In this document: piece after piece, positions 35,480-47,100 of the stretch
How the letters are laid out: each line of letters begins with the position of its first letter
Numbering within the stretch: the first letter of the stretch is position 1
Source: Thalia democratica
Taxonomy: Eukaryota
DNA length: 64,000 nt
Direction: 5' to 3'
NCBI GenBank assembly: GCA_965202585.1
Contig: OZ241830.1
Coordinates: 44,888,001-44,952,000, forward strand
The notes under the pieces: generated by a model
Databases searched by the model: none
Told to the model about the DNA's origin: nothing
The model's input: the letters and a program-made list of their open reading frames with translations, nothing else
Program-made: the position numbers and the translations under genes

Positions 35480-37930
35480 ATATATATATATATTTATAAT
35501 ATAAAAAACAACTAATTTTCAAATCGTTTACTTGGTTTCGATGCTTTATGCATCTTCTCAGAACGAAATAAAGAACAAAGTAAGATTTTCAAAGAATCAC
35601 ACAAAAAAAAACACATTGTGACGTTTCAACTAAAATTGAATAATTTTAGTTAGCCTATTTTAAAAACAACTTATGTACAAGTTAACTTATTTTTGCTTTG
35701 CTTGTTCTTGTTTTTGGATTTATTTTGTTGTTATTTTTTTGTTATTATTTAGTGGTTTTTGTTCTTTTGAAATACATGTTTTGATTATGTAGGCAGGGTT
35801 GCTGCCTTTCTTTTCTTTTATTAATGATAAATCTTTTTAAATTTTTTCAATCGCGTATTTTTCCAAGCAACATAAATGGCATGTTTTATTGTTTTTCGGT
35901 TTTGTTTTGGTTCTGCAGAGCATTTCCCATTTTAAATTATAGTCTTTTTTTGCGTCTTTTAATTCCCAAATATAGTTCGATAGTTCGGTATTGTGTCTTT
36001 TTAATTTGTTGGTAAAACTTGCTTTATGGTTGCTATATCTGTTTTTAAATGTTGTACTAGTGGAACCTACGTAAAATTTTGTTATCTCATCTGTTTTTAT
36101 AGTTGCTTGGTAGATTATATTTTTTGATAGGCAATTATTGTTTAACGGGCATTTTTCTTTCCTGCAGTTGCAGGTTTTTTCTTTTTGTTTGAAGTTTAGG
36201 TTGTTTAATAGCTTGTTATTGTGTTAAGAATTTTTGTTTTAAAATTTTCCATACAGCTATAAGAAATTTTGAGTGTGTTCCTGTTAAAGATTTTGTGATA
36301 TTGGTGGTTTGTGTCAAAGTGTTTATTTACCAGGTTTAAGAATTCTTTGCCTATTTTAGTTGCTACAGTTAGGGAAAAAGGTGGGTTGAAATAAATAACT
36401 TTTCTTTTTCTTTGCTTTTTTGTTGTTTTTTCATTTGCTTTTTGGTACGTTAGGTTGAATTTGTAGTTGGCGGATTTTAGTGCTGATTGATAACTATGTT
36501 TTATACGGTTAAATGATTCTTCGTTACTTGATAAATTGTTAGCCTTTCGTTAATAGTTATAGGTAATTGTTTTAATATTTGATTAGGGTGGTTTGATTTG
36601 TTGTTTACGTAAAGGATGTCCGAATTTGGTTTTCTGAATGGGATGTATGTTTTGTTGGGTAAGTTTAGTTCGATATCTAAAAAATCTGTTTTGATTAGGC
36701 CTGCATCCATTGTTATTTTAAATCCCCATTTGTTTAAATTTTGTGTAATATTTTTGTGGTATTTTCTATGGTTTTCGGCGATTTAGATCGGATGACCGCA
36801 AGGCCATCGTCTCTATATATGCCGAATTCTTCTTCATTGAATATATTAGTTTTTTTTTATTTCGCTTAGCATGAAAAGTCCTACCATGTCGCACACCTCG
36901 GCTCCATTGTAGGATCCCATGCTAACGTTAAATAGGTCAGAGGTGTTTATTTTTTCCCATACTTTGTTTTCGTGAAAGATTGTAGATTTGCAGGAATGTA
37001 GTATTAAGTTTTGATCGTTGTTTGTGATTGGTGTGAATTTTTCAGTAAATTTTAGTGAATTAATTAAAGTTGTTTTTGTTATGGATGGGTAAAATTTAGT
37101 GATATCGAATTTAATGAATCGGGTTTTAGGGGTTATTTTTAGTTTATTGAACCAGTTTATAACGCTGTCAGTGTTTTTCCATTGATTTAGTTTTAAACCG
37201 GTTATTGTTCTTTTATTTATTGTGTCTAGTTTAGCTTTCGTGAATTTGTTAAAAGGGGATTAGGAGGGGTTAAAAACTCTACAGTTTAGTTTGTTTGGAA
37301 AATCTTTTTTGTGGCCTTTGATGGTAATGAATGCAGGTTTTTGTTCTATTTTTTTTAATTTTGCCTTTTACATTGTATTTGATGATGAATTTATAGGTTT
37401 CTTCATTTTGTTTTTCAATTATTCCGGGTCTGATTTTTTGTAGTCTGATGTGATATTTTCTTTCAAAAGTTTATTGTAAGTGTTTTTGTCTATTTTGTAA
37501 ATGTTAATTGATTTGTCAGAAAAAATAAACAATTTGTCAGAGGACTCTTGATATCGTTTTTCATGGTGTTTAATAAACTGATGTTGTATTTTTTAAATTT
37601 AATGTTACTTATTAACTTGTACAAAGCGTTTTCAAAATCAGCTAACCTTGCGTCCGGTGGTGGTGTGTTTCTTGTAGGGAAAACATTTCTTTGATGGTTT
37701 TTGTCTTCCTCTTGGTGCTTCTTTATTTCGGTTTTCTGGATCTTAAAGAAACTCGCGCGCCATCTCAGTCTTTCTACGAAGTTGTATACTTGGTTGTACA
37801 TCTTGGACATATACTGTCTCTCGTTGCACAGCGGTATATTTTTCATAGAGTAGTTGAACTTTATTGGGTCGAAGTTCATCGTTTTTTTTGATAATGATCA
37901 ATTTAAGAGGCTCTACTTATATATATTTAT
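35480..37930 (-). mobile_element. Penelope-like retroelement, family A, near full length, disabled (RT + GIY-YIG)
   Basis: ORF starts at 37879 (MNFDPIKFNYSMKNIP..FVERLRWRA). RT motifs SMGSYNGAEVCDMVGL and GIYRDDGLAV (about 36800-36820), thumb PFRKPNSDILYVNNKSNHP, GIY-YIG IYQATI..YVGST, C-terminal CHLCCLEK..NKRKE..PCLH. Frameshifts and stops. Ends near a (TA)n tract. Confidence 0.93.
35524..35566 (-). ncRNA. Degenerate minimal type I hammerhead ribozyme in the PLE-A 3' UTR
   Basis: Minus strand: tcgtt-CTGAGAA-gatgc/ataaa/gcatc-GAAA-c caa g-TA-aacga. Stems I and II are intact; the core has G8A. Confidence 0.65.
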
Positions 37931-37986
37931 TTACGCGTGTATATTATATACGTATATAATTTATTGAAATGACGATTTTAAAAATA

Positions 37987-38039
37987 CTAGAACATATGTT
38001 TCATAAAGACAAAAAAGATTTTCTTTAATCTTCAGCCAG
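37987..38039 (-). ncRNA. Type I hammerhead ribozyme B1
   Basis: ctgg-CTGAAGA-stem II-GAAA-catatg-TT-ctag. Helix III is the palindrome ACATATGT; stem I is kept through a G-U pair. Confidence 0.8.
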
Positions 38040-38447
38040 TTCAAATTTAAAATAAAAAGCACTTTGGTAAACAAAAATGCAAATTTTACAAAAAAACAAA
38101 AACAATATGACGTAAGAATTGAACATTGTACATTACAAATATTCAGTACAAAAATCGATCTACCATCTAACTAATCAAACAACTAAAATTAAAGAAAACA
38201 ACAGTTAATTGACTATAAAATACTTCAAAATTTGTTGTATTTTAAGAGGAGCTTTTTCGTATGTCGACAAGACGATATGAATTCACTCCTTTTATTTAAA
38301 CAACCTTCCTTTTTTAACGCATACATAACGGCTGTTGATTCTTTTAAGCACAGCCTACAAACAGGGTTGTTACCATCTGCTATTGGCTGATGGAAACATG
38401 GTAACATATATATATATAATTTATTGAAATGACGATTTAAAAAGATG

Positions 38448-38500
38448 CTGGAACATATGTTTCATAAAGACAAAAAAGATTGTCTCTAATCTTCAGCCAG
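38448..38500 (-). ncRNA. Type I hammerhead ribozyme B2
   Basis: ctgg-CTGAAGA-t tagagacaa/ttgtcttta t-GAAA-catatg-TT-ccag. 9-bp stem II with one G-U, palindromic helix III, GUU cleavage triplet. Confidence 0.85.
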
Positions 38501-38559
38501 TACAGATTTAAAATAAAAAGCACTTTGAACAGCTTTTTTCCGGTGCATAACTTACTAAA

Positions 38560-39290
38560 AATATATAACAGAATGCATTTCATTTTCTTTAAATTTATTT
38601 AAGTACTTTCAAGTAGGACTCGTCAGAAATTGTTTCCTACTGGATTGGAATGAATACAAATTGAAATAAAATTATACTGCAGTTTAGAGTTTTAAGATAT
38701 AAAATTACGTAATAATCAAATGTTAAAAATTAAATAAGTGCTAGTGCTAAACAAATTTGGTATACTAATAAAACTCGGTAGAATTAAAACAATCTAAATA
38801 AAGAAGCAATAAAATTTTTAAATTTAAACTATGCTTAAAAATAAAGTTTAACAAGAAACTAATTACTTTAAAATTACTAATATAAGGATTTAAAAAGTCT
38901 AGTTTGGTAAACGAACTTTTTCTGCTTACATAAACTGGGCCTTAAAGATTGAATACATAAGGCTTCCAGAATATGCAATTGAAAAGAGTTCTCCGCTCTC
39001 ACTAAGACTGAAAAAATGTCCTTTTTATAATTTTTAACACACTGAGGATTGTCCAACAAATGTTGCCCAATCGCCGAGAAGTATTTTTTAGTTGGTTTCT
39101 CAGAACGGCCATCAAACCACTTTTTCAAGACTTTCGGAACATGTTGATCGATTCTTACATGAAACCTTTGAGATGTCTTTCCCACTTAGTCACTACCACA
39201 GTGACAACTAAATTTATAGATGATGTTACTTTTTTCATGGGTGGGAGAAACATCTTTGTAAATTCCATTTAGAGGTCGATCAGTATACAA
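38560..39290 (-). mobile_element. PLE family C, 5'-truncated GIY-YIG fragment
   Basis: HEKSNIIYKFSCHCGSD*VGKTSQRFHVRIDQH..SAIGQHLLDNPQC..LEALCIQSLRPSLCKQK, followed by a 3' UTR with a hammerhead motif. Confidence 0.88.
38597..38630 (-). ncRNA. Minimal type I hammerhead ribozyme C (PLE-C 3' UTR)
   Basis: attt-CTGACGA-g tcctact t-GAAA-gtac-TT-aaat. Palindromic AAGTACTT; intact core. Confidence 0.7.
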
Positions 39291-39296
39291 AACTGT

Positions 39297-39872
39297 TCTA
39301 TACATTACTAATATTCAGTACAAAAATCGATATACCATCTAATTAATCAAACAACTAAAATTAACGAAAACAACTTATGTTTACGGCCTTAAGCGCAAAA
39401 ACATTGATTTTAAATTAACTTGGGAGGTGATAAAAAGAGCACAGCCAATAGCAGATGGTAACAACCCTGTTTGTAGGCTGTGCTTAAAAGAATCAACAGC
39501 CGTTATGTATACGTTAAAAAAGGAAGGTTGTTTAAATAAAAGGAGTGAATTCATATCGTCTTGTCGACATATGAAAAAGCTCCTTTTAAAATAAAACAAA
39601 TTTTGAAGTATTTTATAGTCAACTAACTGTTGTTTTCGTTAATTTTAGTTGTTTGATTAATTAGATGGTATATCGATTTTTGTACTGAATATTTGTAATG
39701 TACAATGTTCAATTCTTACGTCATATTGTTTTTGTATTTTTGTAAACTTTTGCATCTTTGTTTACCAAAGTGATTTTATTTTAAATTTGAACTGGCTGAG
39801 GATTAGAGACAATCTTTTTTGTCATTATGAAACATATGTTCCAGCATTTTTTAAAATCGTCATTTCAATAAA
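39297..39872 (+). mobile_element. PLE family B 3' fragment, inverted relative to the other B copies, with a short 5' inversion
   Basis: 39378-39872 encodes LTWEVIKRAQPIADGNNPVCRLCLKE..SCRH plus UTR, nearly identical to the reverse complement of 37960-38389. 39297-39372 is a short opposite-orientation piece of the same UTR. Confidence 0.88.
39792..39844 (+). ncRNA. Type I hammerhead ribozyme B3
   Basis: ctgg-CTGAGGA-stem II-GAAA-catatg-TT-ccag. Differs from B2 in the core only at the variable N7 position. Confidence 0.82.
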
Positions 39873-39931
39873 TTATTTAAAAGCCCTTCAAGTGGGCTCA
39901 GTAGAAGGTGTTCAAGTTTGAATATTAACCT

Positions 39932-39936
<5 letters not shown>

Positions 39937-39968
<32 letters not shown>
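39937..39968. repeat. (TA)n microsatellite
   Basis: Uninterrupted TA run of about 30 bp. Confidence 0.95.
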
Positions 39969-39972
<4 letters not shown>

Positions 39973-41103
39973 TCTGAGTACTTCTTAAACACTTAAATGT
40001 CCATACTTGAGAAATTTTTGTGAGTTAAATGAATTAGTAATAGTGGCTAATTGGATCCGTAAAATTAGTATCCGGCCGGATTCAAGTGAAACCAGTAGCT
40101 GTCGGCACGCCAACTTCCAATGGTCTATTAAGAAGGGGAAGGGGTCTAAGGGTTGACTCTTGGCTAAGAGATCTTTGGCTCTGAATCCGAGCACTCTTTA
40201 CTCGAGTTTTGACCATTGTGTCCGGCAGACACTCTGGGTTTGGACTAGCGACACGAGAAATATTATTTTGTTAAAGTAGAAAATGTAGTTAACCAAACAC
40301 TGTTTAATTACTACGATTGGGTTCAGTATAGAATACAAAACAGTTGGGATATATATACATATATATGCTGTTTATAAAATTAATTTGCAATAATAAATAA
40401 AATTGTAAAAGTATGTAACAGGTTTTATACTAAAAACTCAAAAGTAAACTCAAAAGTAAAATTTCAAATTAAATGATTTAAGACAGATAGTTAATGGATT
40501 TTCAACAGAATATTTAATTCTTTATAAAAAAAAAGTATACAAGGGATAAATGATTAAGAAGCAAAAACAGTTTCATTAAAACTCAAAAGATTAAAGAAAA
40601 ATAGCGTTTAATGTGTCATAAAAAAAGAAAACTGAATGAATTTGAATTTATCAACATGATTTTATTGATCCAACTAAAAAAAAAGAACATGTGATGTGCA
40701 AGTTGATCATTAACATTTCGATTTTCACTAAAGGCTTTTGAAGTTTTCATAGCAAGTAGGTTTAAAAACGTGTGTTGACCTTACAGTATAGGTCAGTTAC
40801 TAATTAAAAAATTGTTTAACAGGGTTTTTCTGTAAAATCTTAATGGTTTGCTCAGAACTGTCTTTTCAGGGATAACTTGTAATATTTTTTGTGTGATTAT
40901 TTTGTAAATCGAACACCGGATCATTTTTATATAATAATTCAAAGCTGTTTGTTGTTAATCTGAAACCGATGAAAAGCAAGATTTTCCTTGTTTAATTTAC
41001 TTATGTGTTCCAAGTAGGGTTGTTGACTTTCTTATTAAATATTGCTTATGGAACCTTTTTACTTTGAAGCATAATTTCCCGTAGAAACTTTACAGTATTA
41101 AAC

Positions 41104-44100
41104 TCAAGAGTTTTTTATATCAGCATTTAATATGTTCCTCCTTTTCCGTCGTTCGAGTAGTTCAGCTGTTTTTTAAGAATTTTGATAAAAAATAAAAACA
41201 CATATAGTCAATAAACTAGTAAGAAATAGTTCTCAATTAAAATAAAAAATATTTTATACTACAAACTAACTAATACTAAGTTAGACATTAAATTAAAATA
41301 TTATACAAACTATATAACTGGTTTACAGGAAACTATTTTCCAAACTAGTGTTTAATTTCATTAAGAATTCTTAAAAGACACTTTTTAAAATTTTTATTTA
41401 AACATAACTTTATGTAAAAATTTTTACAAAAAGTTTAAATAAGTACATACTAAAATAATAAAAAAGCATGCACATTAAATTAGACAAAGTTAATAAGAGT
41501 TTAAAAAGATTTAGTTGTATGTACTTAAAAAGTTTGCTGATTCTCAACACTAACAAAATGTTTTCTTTTTATTTACGAAAGTACACAATGTTAACTAATA
41601 ACAACTTTGGCCTATAATAGTTAAGTAAAAAATTGGATTTAGTCTTCAATAAAAAAACAACCACAAGGTCTTAAAAAGTTTCAATATTGGTTCGAAAATA
41701 AAACAAGTGAAAAATTTTTAGAAATTTATATTCTTACCGTAAAACTTACAGAAAGGCTTGTTATTAAGTCGTTTTTATTGGTTAAAAACTTTAAAGCTAA
41801 ATGATAATCCAATAAATCTTCAAACTGTAATATACTGCTAGGAAGTACATAATTTTAATGTAAGAACCAATTAGTTGGAAAAGATTTGTTATACTTTGTT
41901 GCTAAAACACACCAAAACAAAATCAAGTACGATTATTAATTATCTTGAACACTTAACTTAGACAAAAATGTGCAAAAACAACATCTAAATAAAACAACAA
42001 AAAAAAGACAGTCCTTAATTTAGAAAATATTCCCGTTTATTCAGAAAAAATGTTTACAATTTGCGGCAAATTTCGTATTTTTAAAATAATCAAGTTCATC
42101 ATGTTAAAACGATTTTGATACTATGAGAATTTTTTTTAGACTCACATATGCTTAAAGTTACGATTTGTTTATAAAGATAACTTTTATCTAAAAATCTAAT
42201 TTTTTAAAAGTTGTCTCAAAGAAAATGTTTAATATCCAACTGCGCAAAAATTGCCGGAGTAAATAAAAATTCAACTGATGTACTTAAAAAGTCAAAAAAA
42301 AAAAGATTAAATAACTATTTTGAAATCAATTAAACTTTAACTATTTGATCATGAAATATAGAAAACAGATCAGTATTTAGCACAATATATATTTTATTCT
42401 AAATTTTAGGTAAACTTACGAAGAATTATTTGATACTTTTTTTAAAAGTATGTATATTTTGTCATCAAAATTTCTTTTTTTTTGAGTTTTTAAGTTAAGA
42501 AAATCTTTCTGTGAACAATAAACAACTATCTTTTATTATCTCATAAAAACTAAAATCCAGTTAAAAGTGATAAAGTATATATTTTAAATTGAGTTTGGCA
42601 AAGCAACAGTGAATAACCAATTGTACTAAATGAGCTGGAAAGTTTAAAAACATTTCTATAGGGAAACAACACTTGCTTAATTTTTTATGTACGTTGGGTA
42701 CATACATTCGAGTAGGTTTTTCCATCAACAAAATAAAATTCAGAAAGAATGATATTGAGTGACAAAGGTTTAATAAATACTTTAAGAATAAAAAATAAAT
42801 TATTTGATGCAAATATAGAAAACATTATGACTTTAGTCGAAATTACCGATTGATTATCAGTATGGACGGGTAGCTTCAAATTTCAACTACTGTTTTTGGA
42901 GTAGTACCAAGTATCTTTAATGATTTTTTTAATTTAACTTTATATCTACGAATAAACAACATTTGTAATGTGACCGGGTAGTTTTTTTTTATTTTTTGTT
43001 ATTTCCATGAAACTGTATGGATTTGCAGTAGATAAAAAAGAATTTAGTAAGATAATTATATTCACAATATGGGTCATTAAATTTGAAACTTAGACATTGC
43101 TGTGATAAAAAATAAATTAAAACATTTTAATATATTTTCATGGAGCTTCTGAGAACAAAATTTCTGCTAGTGATTAGATAGCGTCTTAGTTTTATTATTG
43201 AATTACTTAGAAATTTTTTTGTTTAATATACAAATACTTTTTCAAACATTTAAAGCAGATATAATTTATTTTGTTGTATTCGTTTTATTTTAAATGTCTA
43301 TACTATTGTTAGAATTTCAAAAAAATAATTCAGCAATTCAAACAACTTCAAAAAACAACAAACCATGTTGCCTTGGCAAGTAGAAAAATTCAATATCCTG
43401 ACTCTTTTCCTGGTCAGAGGGTCTTCTGAGGAACAGAGTCACTTCAACAGGTCGCATTATGTTGACATCCTTGTAAGGAGGAGTGGTGAAAACTATTGCT
43501 ACCTTGAAATACTTTAAATATTAATCGTATGTTAATTTGGCAAACTATCAAAATCCATCCGTTTTTTTAAAAACATTTTCTTATTTATTTTAGATATTTT
43601 TTGCAACTATTTTATTTATTTTTTATTTAGCTTTCACTATTACTGTTACCCCTAACCCTCGATCGGTAAGCGGTTCTCGAATTTGACTTAGTGGATTTTG
43701 AATCTGTCCCGTTAATTTAAGCACTATTGATAATTCAAATGCTTTAAAATATACAACAGTTTAAACGATATCGGTAAAATAGAAAACAATCACTTTTAAC
43801 TAATTAACTGAGGTTATTTAAGTTTGAAAAAGATCTAAAATTGCGAGTATATAAAGACAGTACAAAAACTAAAACAAAACAGCTGCAACACTAATAGATT
43901 TAAAATTCTTTATTTAATGAAAATAAATCTAGGTAACTTAAAAACCAAGTTATAATATAATAAACGTTTTCATGCTACAGACAGTTTATATTTGTAATAT
44001 CAAATTAAAATTAACTAACTATGCAATTTATAAACATACTTTGATTGAAACAAAAATTTAAAAAGAGAAATAGCACCATTTCTATTAATATAATACGGTT

Positions 44101-47100
44101 ATAATTAGTAAGTATTAATATTTAGCAACATAAAATTTTTATTTTAATAATTCTTCAAAACCTAAAATTTACTAAGAAAATATTGCAAAATTTCTATGAT
44201 GACATATTCATTAGTTAATTAAAATATAATGTATATCTATTTAATAACCTTGAAGATTCTACAAAACAGTTTGCGCATATTTTCAAAGTTAAGCTAAATT
44301 TTGGCATCAGGTATACAGTGCAGCCTTAAGCATTTTTCTGCACTATATATAACAATGGCATTTATGTATAAAAAACTATACATTTTATACTTCAAATAAA
44401 ACACAATGTTGGATCATCACGTTTAACGTTTAAAAGTAGTTACAGGAGCTATTTTTTATTTTAATAACAGCTTATAAAAGTTTAAGAGCACTTTTTTTAA
44501 ATATATTTTAAATTTAAAATACAGGAATGTAGATTTAACGTTAGCTTGGAAATCTAGCGCGGTTAAAAATAAGTATAATTTAAAACACGGCTGTACTCTT
44601 TGTAATATTGAAAAAAGAGATTGGAAAAATAAAACAAAACTTAGCTTCAAAAATTTTTATCTGTAATTGTTAACATTTTAACAGTTATTACAAATAGTTT
44701 AAAACGTATATGTAACTCAAATAAGTCTACTTTAAAACTGACAAATTTATTGATGTAACAAATTTTAACTACTCGAAAACATAAATTTAAGCGTTTGTTA
44801 ATAATTTTTCTTTAAATTTTTAGTTAAATATTTGTACGTTTTGATTTATGTTTTGTTTAATAAATTTGACTGACATTTTAGTATATTTCATAGACTAGCT
44901 AAATATTTGTCTCACTGAAACCATTTTGTTTTATTTAAATGTATACTGGCATCTAAAACTTCTTGTTGAGGCCCTTTATATTTTCAAAAGTACTTAACTA
45001 AAACAAATTTATATATATTTATCGTAGTAAAAAAAAACAATAGTTAACATATGTTCCAAATTTAACGCTTTATGCTCAAGTCTTCGTCAAATTAACCTTG
45101 TTATTAAAACAAGTGACTATCTTTTTATTACTAATTGTTTTTTTTATACCATAAAAATGTGTTGCTCTACTTTATTTATAAAGTTTAGAGAACTATAGAT
45201 TCAATTAAAATAAAACAACAAAATAATTATACGAGACGGGTCAAATATGCACAAAGGGACATTTTTGCACAAAGAAATATTTGCACGAAGACACTTTTGC
45301 ACGAGGGGTCTCTTTTGCACAAAGACACTTTTAAACAAAAGATCATTTTTTGCACACGAGAGTAAAAAAAATAATTAAATAAAAAGAAAAAAACAAAAAG
45401 TCGCTTCGTGCCAAAGTGACTCTTCATGCATATTTGACACCTAATAAAATATACATATTTATATAGTACTTTTAAATTAATATATTTCAGAAGGCTTCTG
45501 TACAGCTAAAAAGTTGCAGTAGCTAAATATCTATTACAGTATACTACCGCTTAAGTACGCACTTTTTTTGGTACGCATCACGCCTTAAGTACGCACTTAT
45601 CCAGAAAGACAAAGTAAAGGATGTTATACTAGAACTTCTAAAAAATTCCTGTTTTTTTGGTTAAATTTTCAATCACCAAGTTTTTCCAGATTATTTTATG
45701 TTTCTAGGTAGAATGGCCAACCTGCTGAGTTAGCCTGAGATTTTCACAACTTTCAAACTAGGGTGAGTAATCCTGAGTAGTCTAAGTGGCCTGAGATTGT
45801 GACAGTCCTGTTATTAAATGTTAAAAAACTAAATATTTATGTAGTGGTTGCAGAAAAGTAAAAAAAAATAATGATATTTGAGCTGTAACGCTATAAAATA
45901 AATAAATCTAGATGACAAAGTTAAAAAAACCTACAAATACAAAATAGTTAAGTCATAATTTAATTTAAATGTACCTACATTGATGCTTTGAAAATGTTTG
46001 GTAAACACAATGTAGTTTGGTACTTTCCCTCTAACAAAACAAAATGTAGCTTAATATTTTTTTTTAATCATTGACTGACATTGACTTTCTATATTAAATG
46101 TATGTATTAATTATGTAGAAGCTTTTTATAGATAAAATAAATCATTTTAAAACCTATTAAAAAATTTCGCAAATTAGAGTTATGTATTAAATGTTATTTA
46201 AAATAAAAAGACTTGTTTATTTGGCTTAATTATTTGGTGGCGAGTTGTAAAAAAGAAAACAAACAACTAAATTTCATATTATACTATGTCATCAAAAAGT
46301 ACGCAATTTTTGGTCGGGTTCAATTTGCGTACTTAAGCGGTAGTGTACTGTATTAACAAAAACAACTATTTTTGACTAGACCGCTTCAAAAAAATCCATG
46401 AAGATTGTATACAATATTTATAATAAAACAAATGTTTAAGCACTGCTTTGGTTTATTACCTGGTTTCGGTGAGCCTTAGCCGACCTTTTCAAATAATTTC
46501 AAAACAGTAAATAACATTTAGACATTGGCAGTAATGTGAATCTGAACTCATTGATGCGTAAAAAATAAATAAACATTAACTATTCAAATTTTAATGAAAA
46601 ATGCATAATTAGGTGAACTAAATATTGGTATTAATTAATAAATAAAAATAAAAGAAATTAAAAAACTAAATGCAGTAATATAAACGAAAACACAACAAAT
46701 TCTTAACAAAGTTCTGAAAAAAACTAACGGATGATTAAAATGCTAAAAATATTTAAATTATTAGGTTTTAGACTCATTCCAATAGAATAATAAAAATTTG
46801 TTTCTGTGCCTGCAAGAACTCATTACTTCTGATCTTTTATTAATACAGTTCTTATCTGCTTGTAGGATCTTTAATGCTTCTTTCAAGCACAACCTGCACG
46901 TCTCGATTCTCGGTCTTGATTCATATTCTTTTTCCAGTATTGTCCAAGTCAATTCAAAATTCTTATTTTCGTTCTTCAATGTGTGGATGTATTTTGATAG
47001 CTCAGTTGCTTGTTTGTATTGAATATAATTTCTATCTTCTGGGTTGCTATTTATTGTTGTTCTGTGGGTTGCCACTCTTTTTTTAAATTGGTTGGCGCTT

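Larger units (their letters stand above)
37960..38530 (-). mobile_element. PLE family B 3' fragments in tandem (pseudo-LTR-like units)
   Basis: C-terminal PLE peptide CRLCLKESTAVMYALKKEGCLNKRSEFISSCRH (38225-38389), then 3' UTR, hammerhead, AATAAA and (TA)n. The 3' tip is repeated at 38405-38530. Confidence 0.88.

Noticed and set aside
42561-42879. ORFs in Rel intron 6 as the missing Rel C-terminal exon
   Set aside because: Phase-compatible acceptors hit stops within a few codons and there is no NLS; the ORFs have AT-rich random composition.
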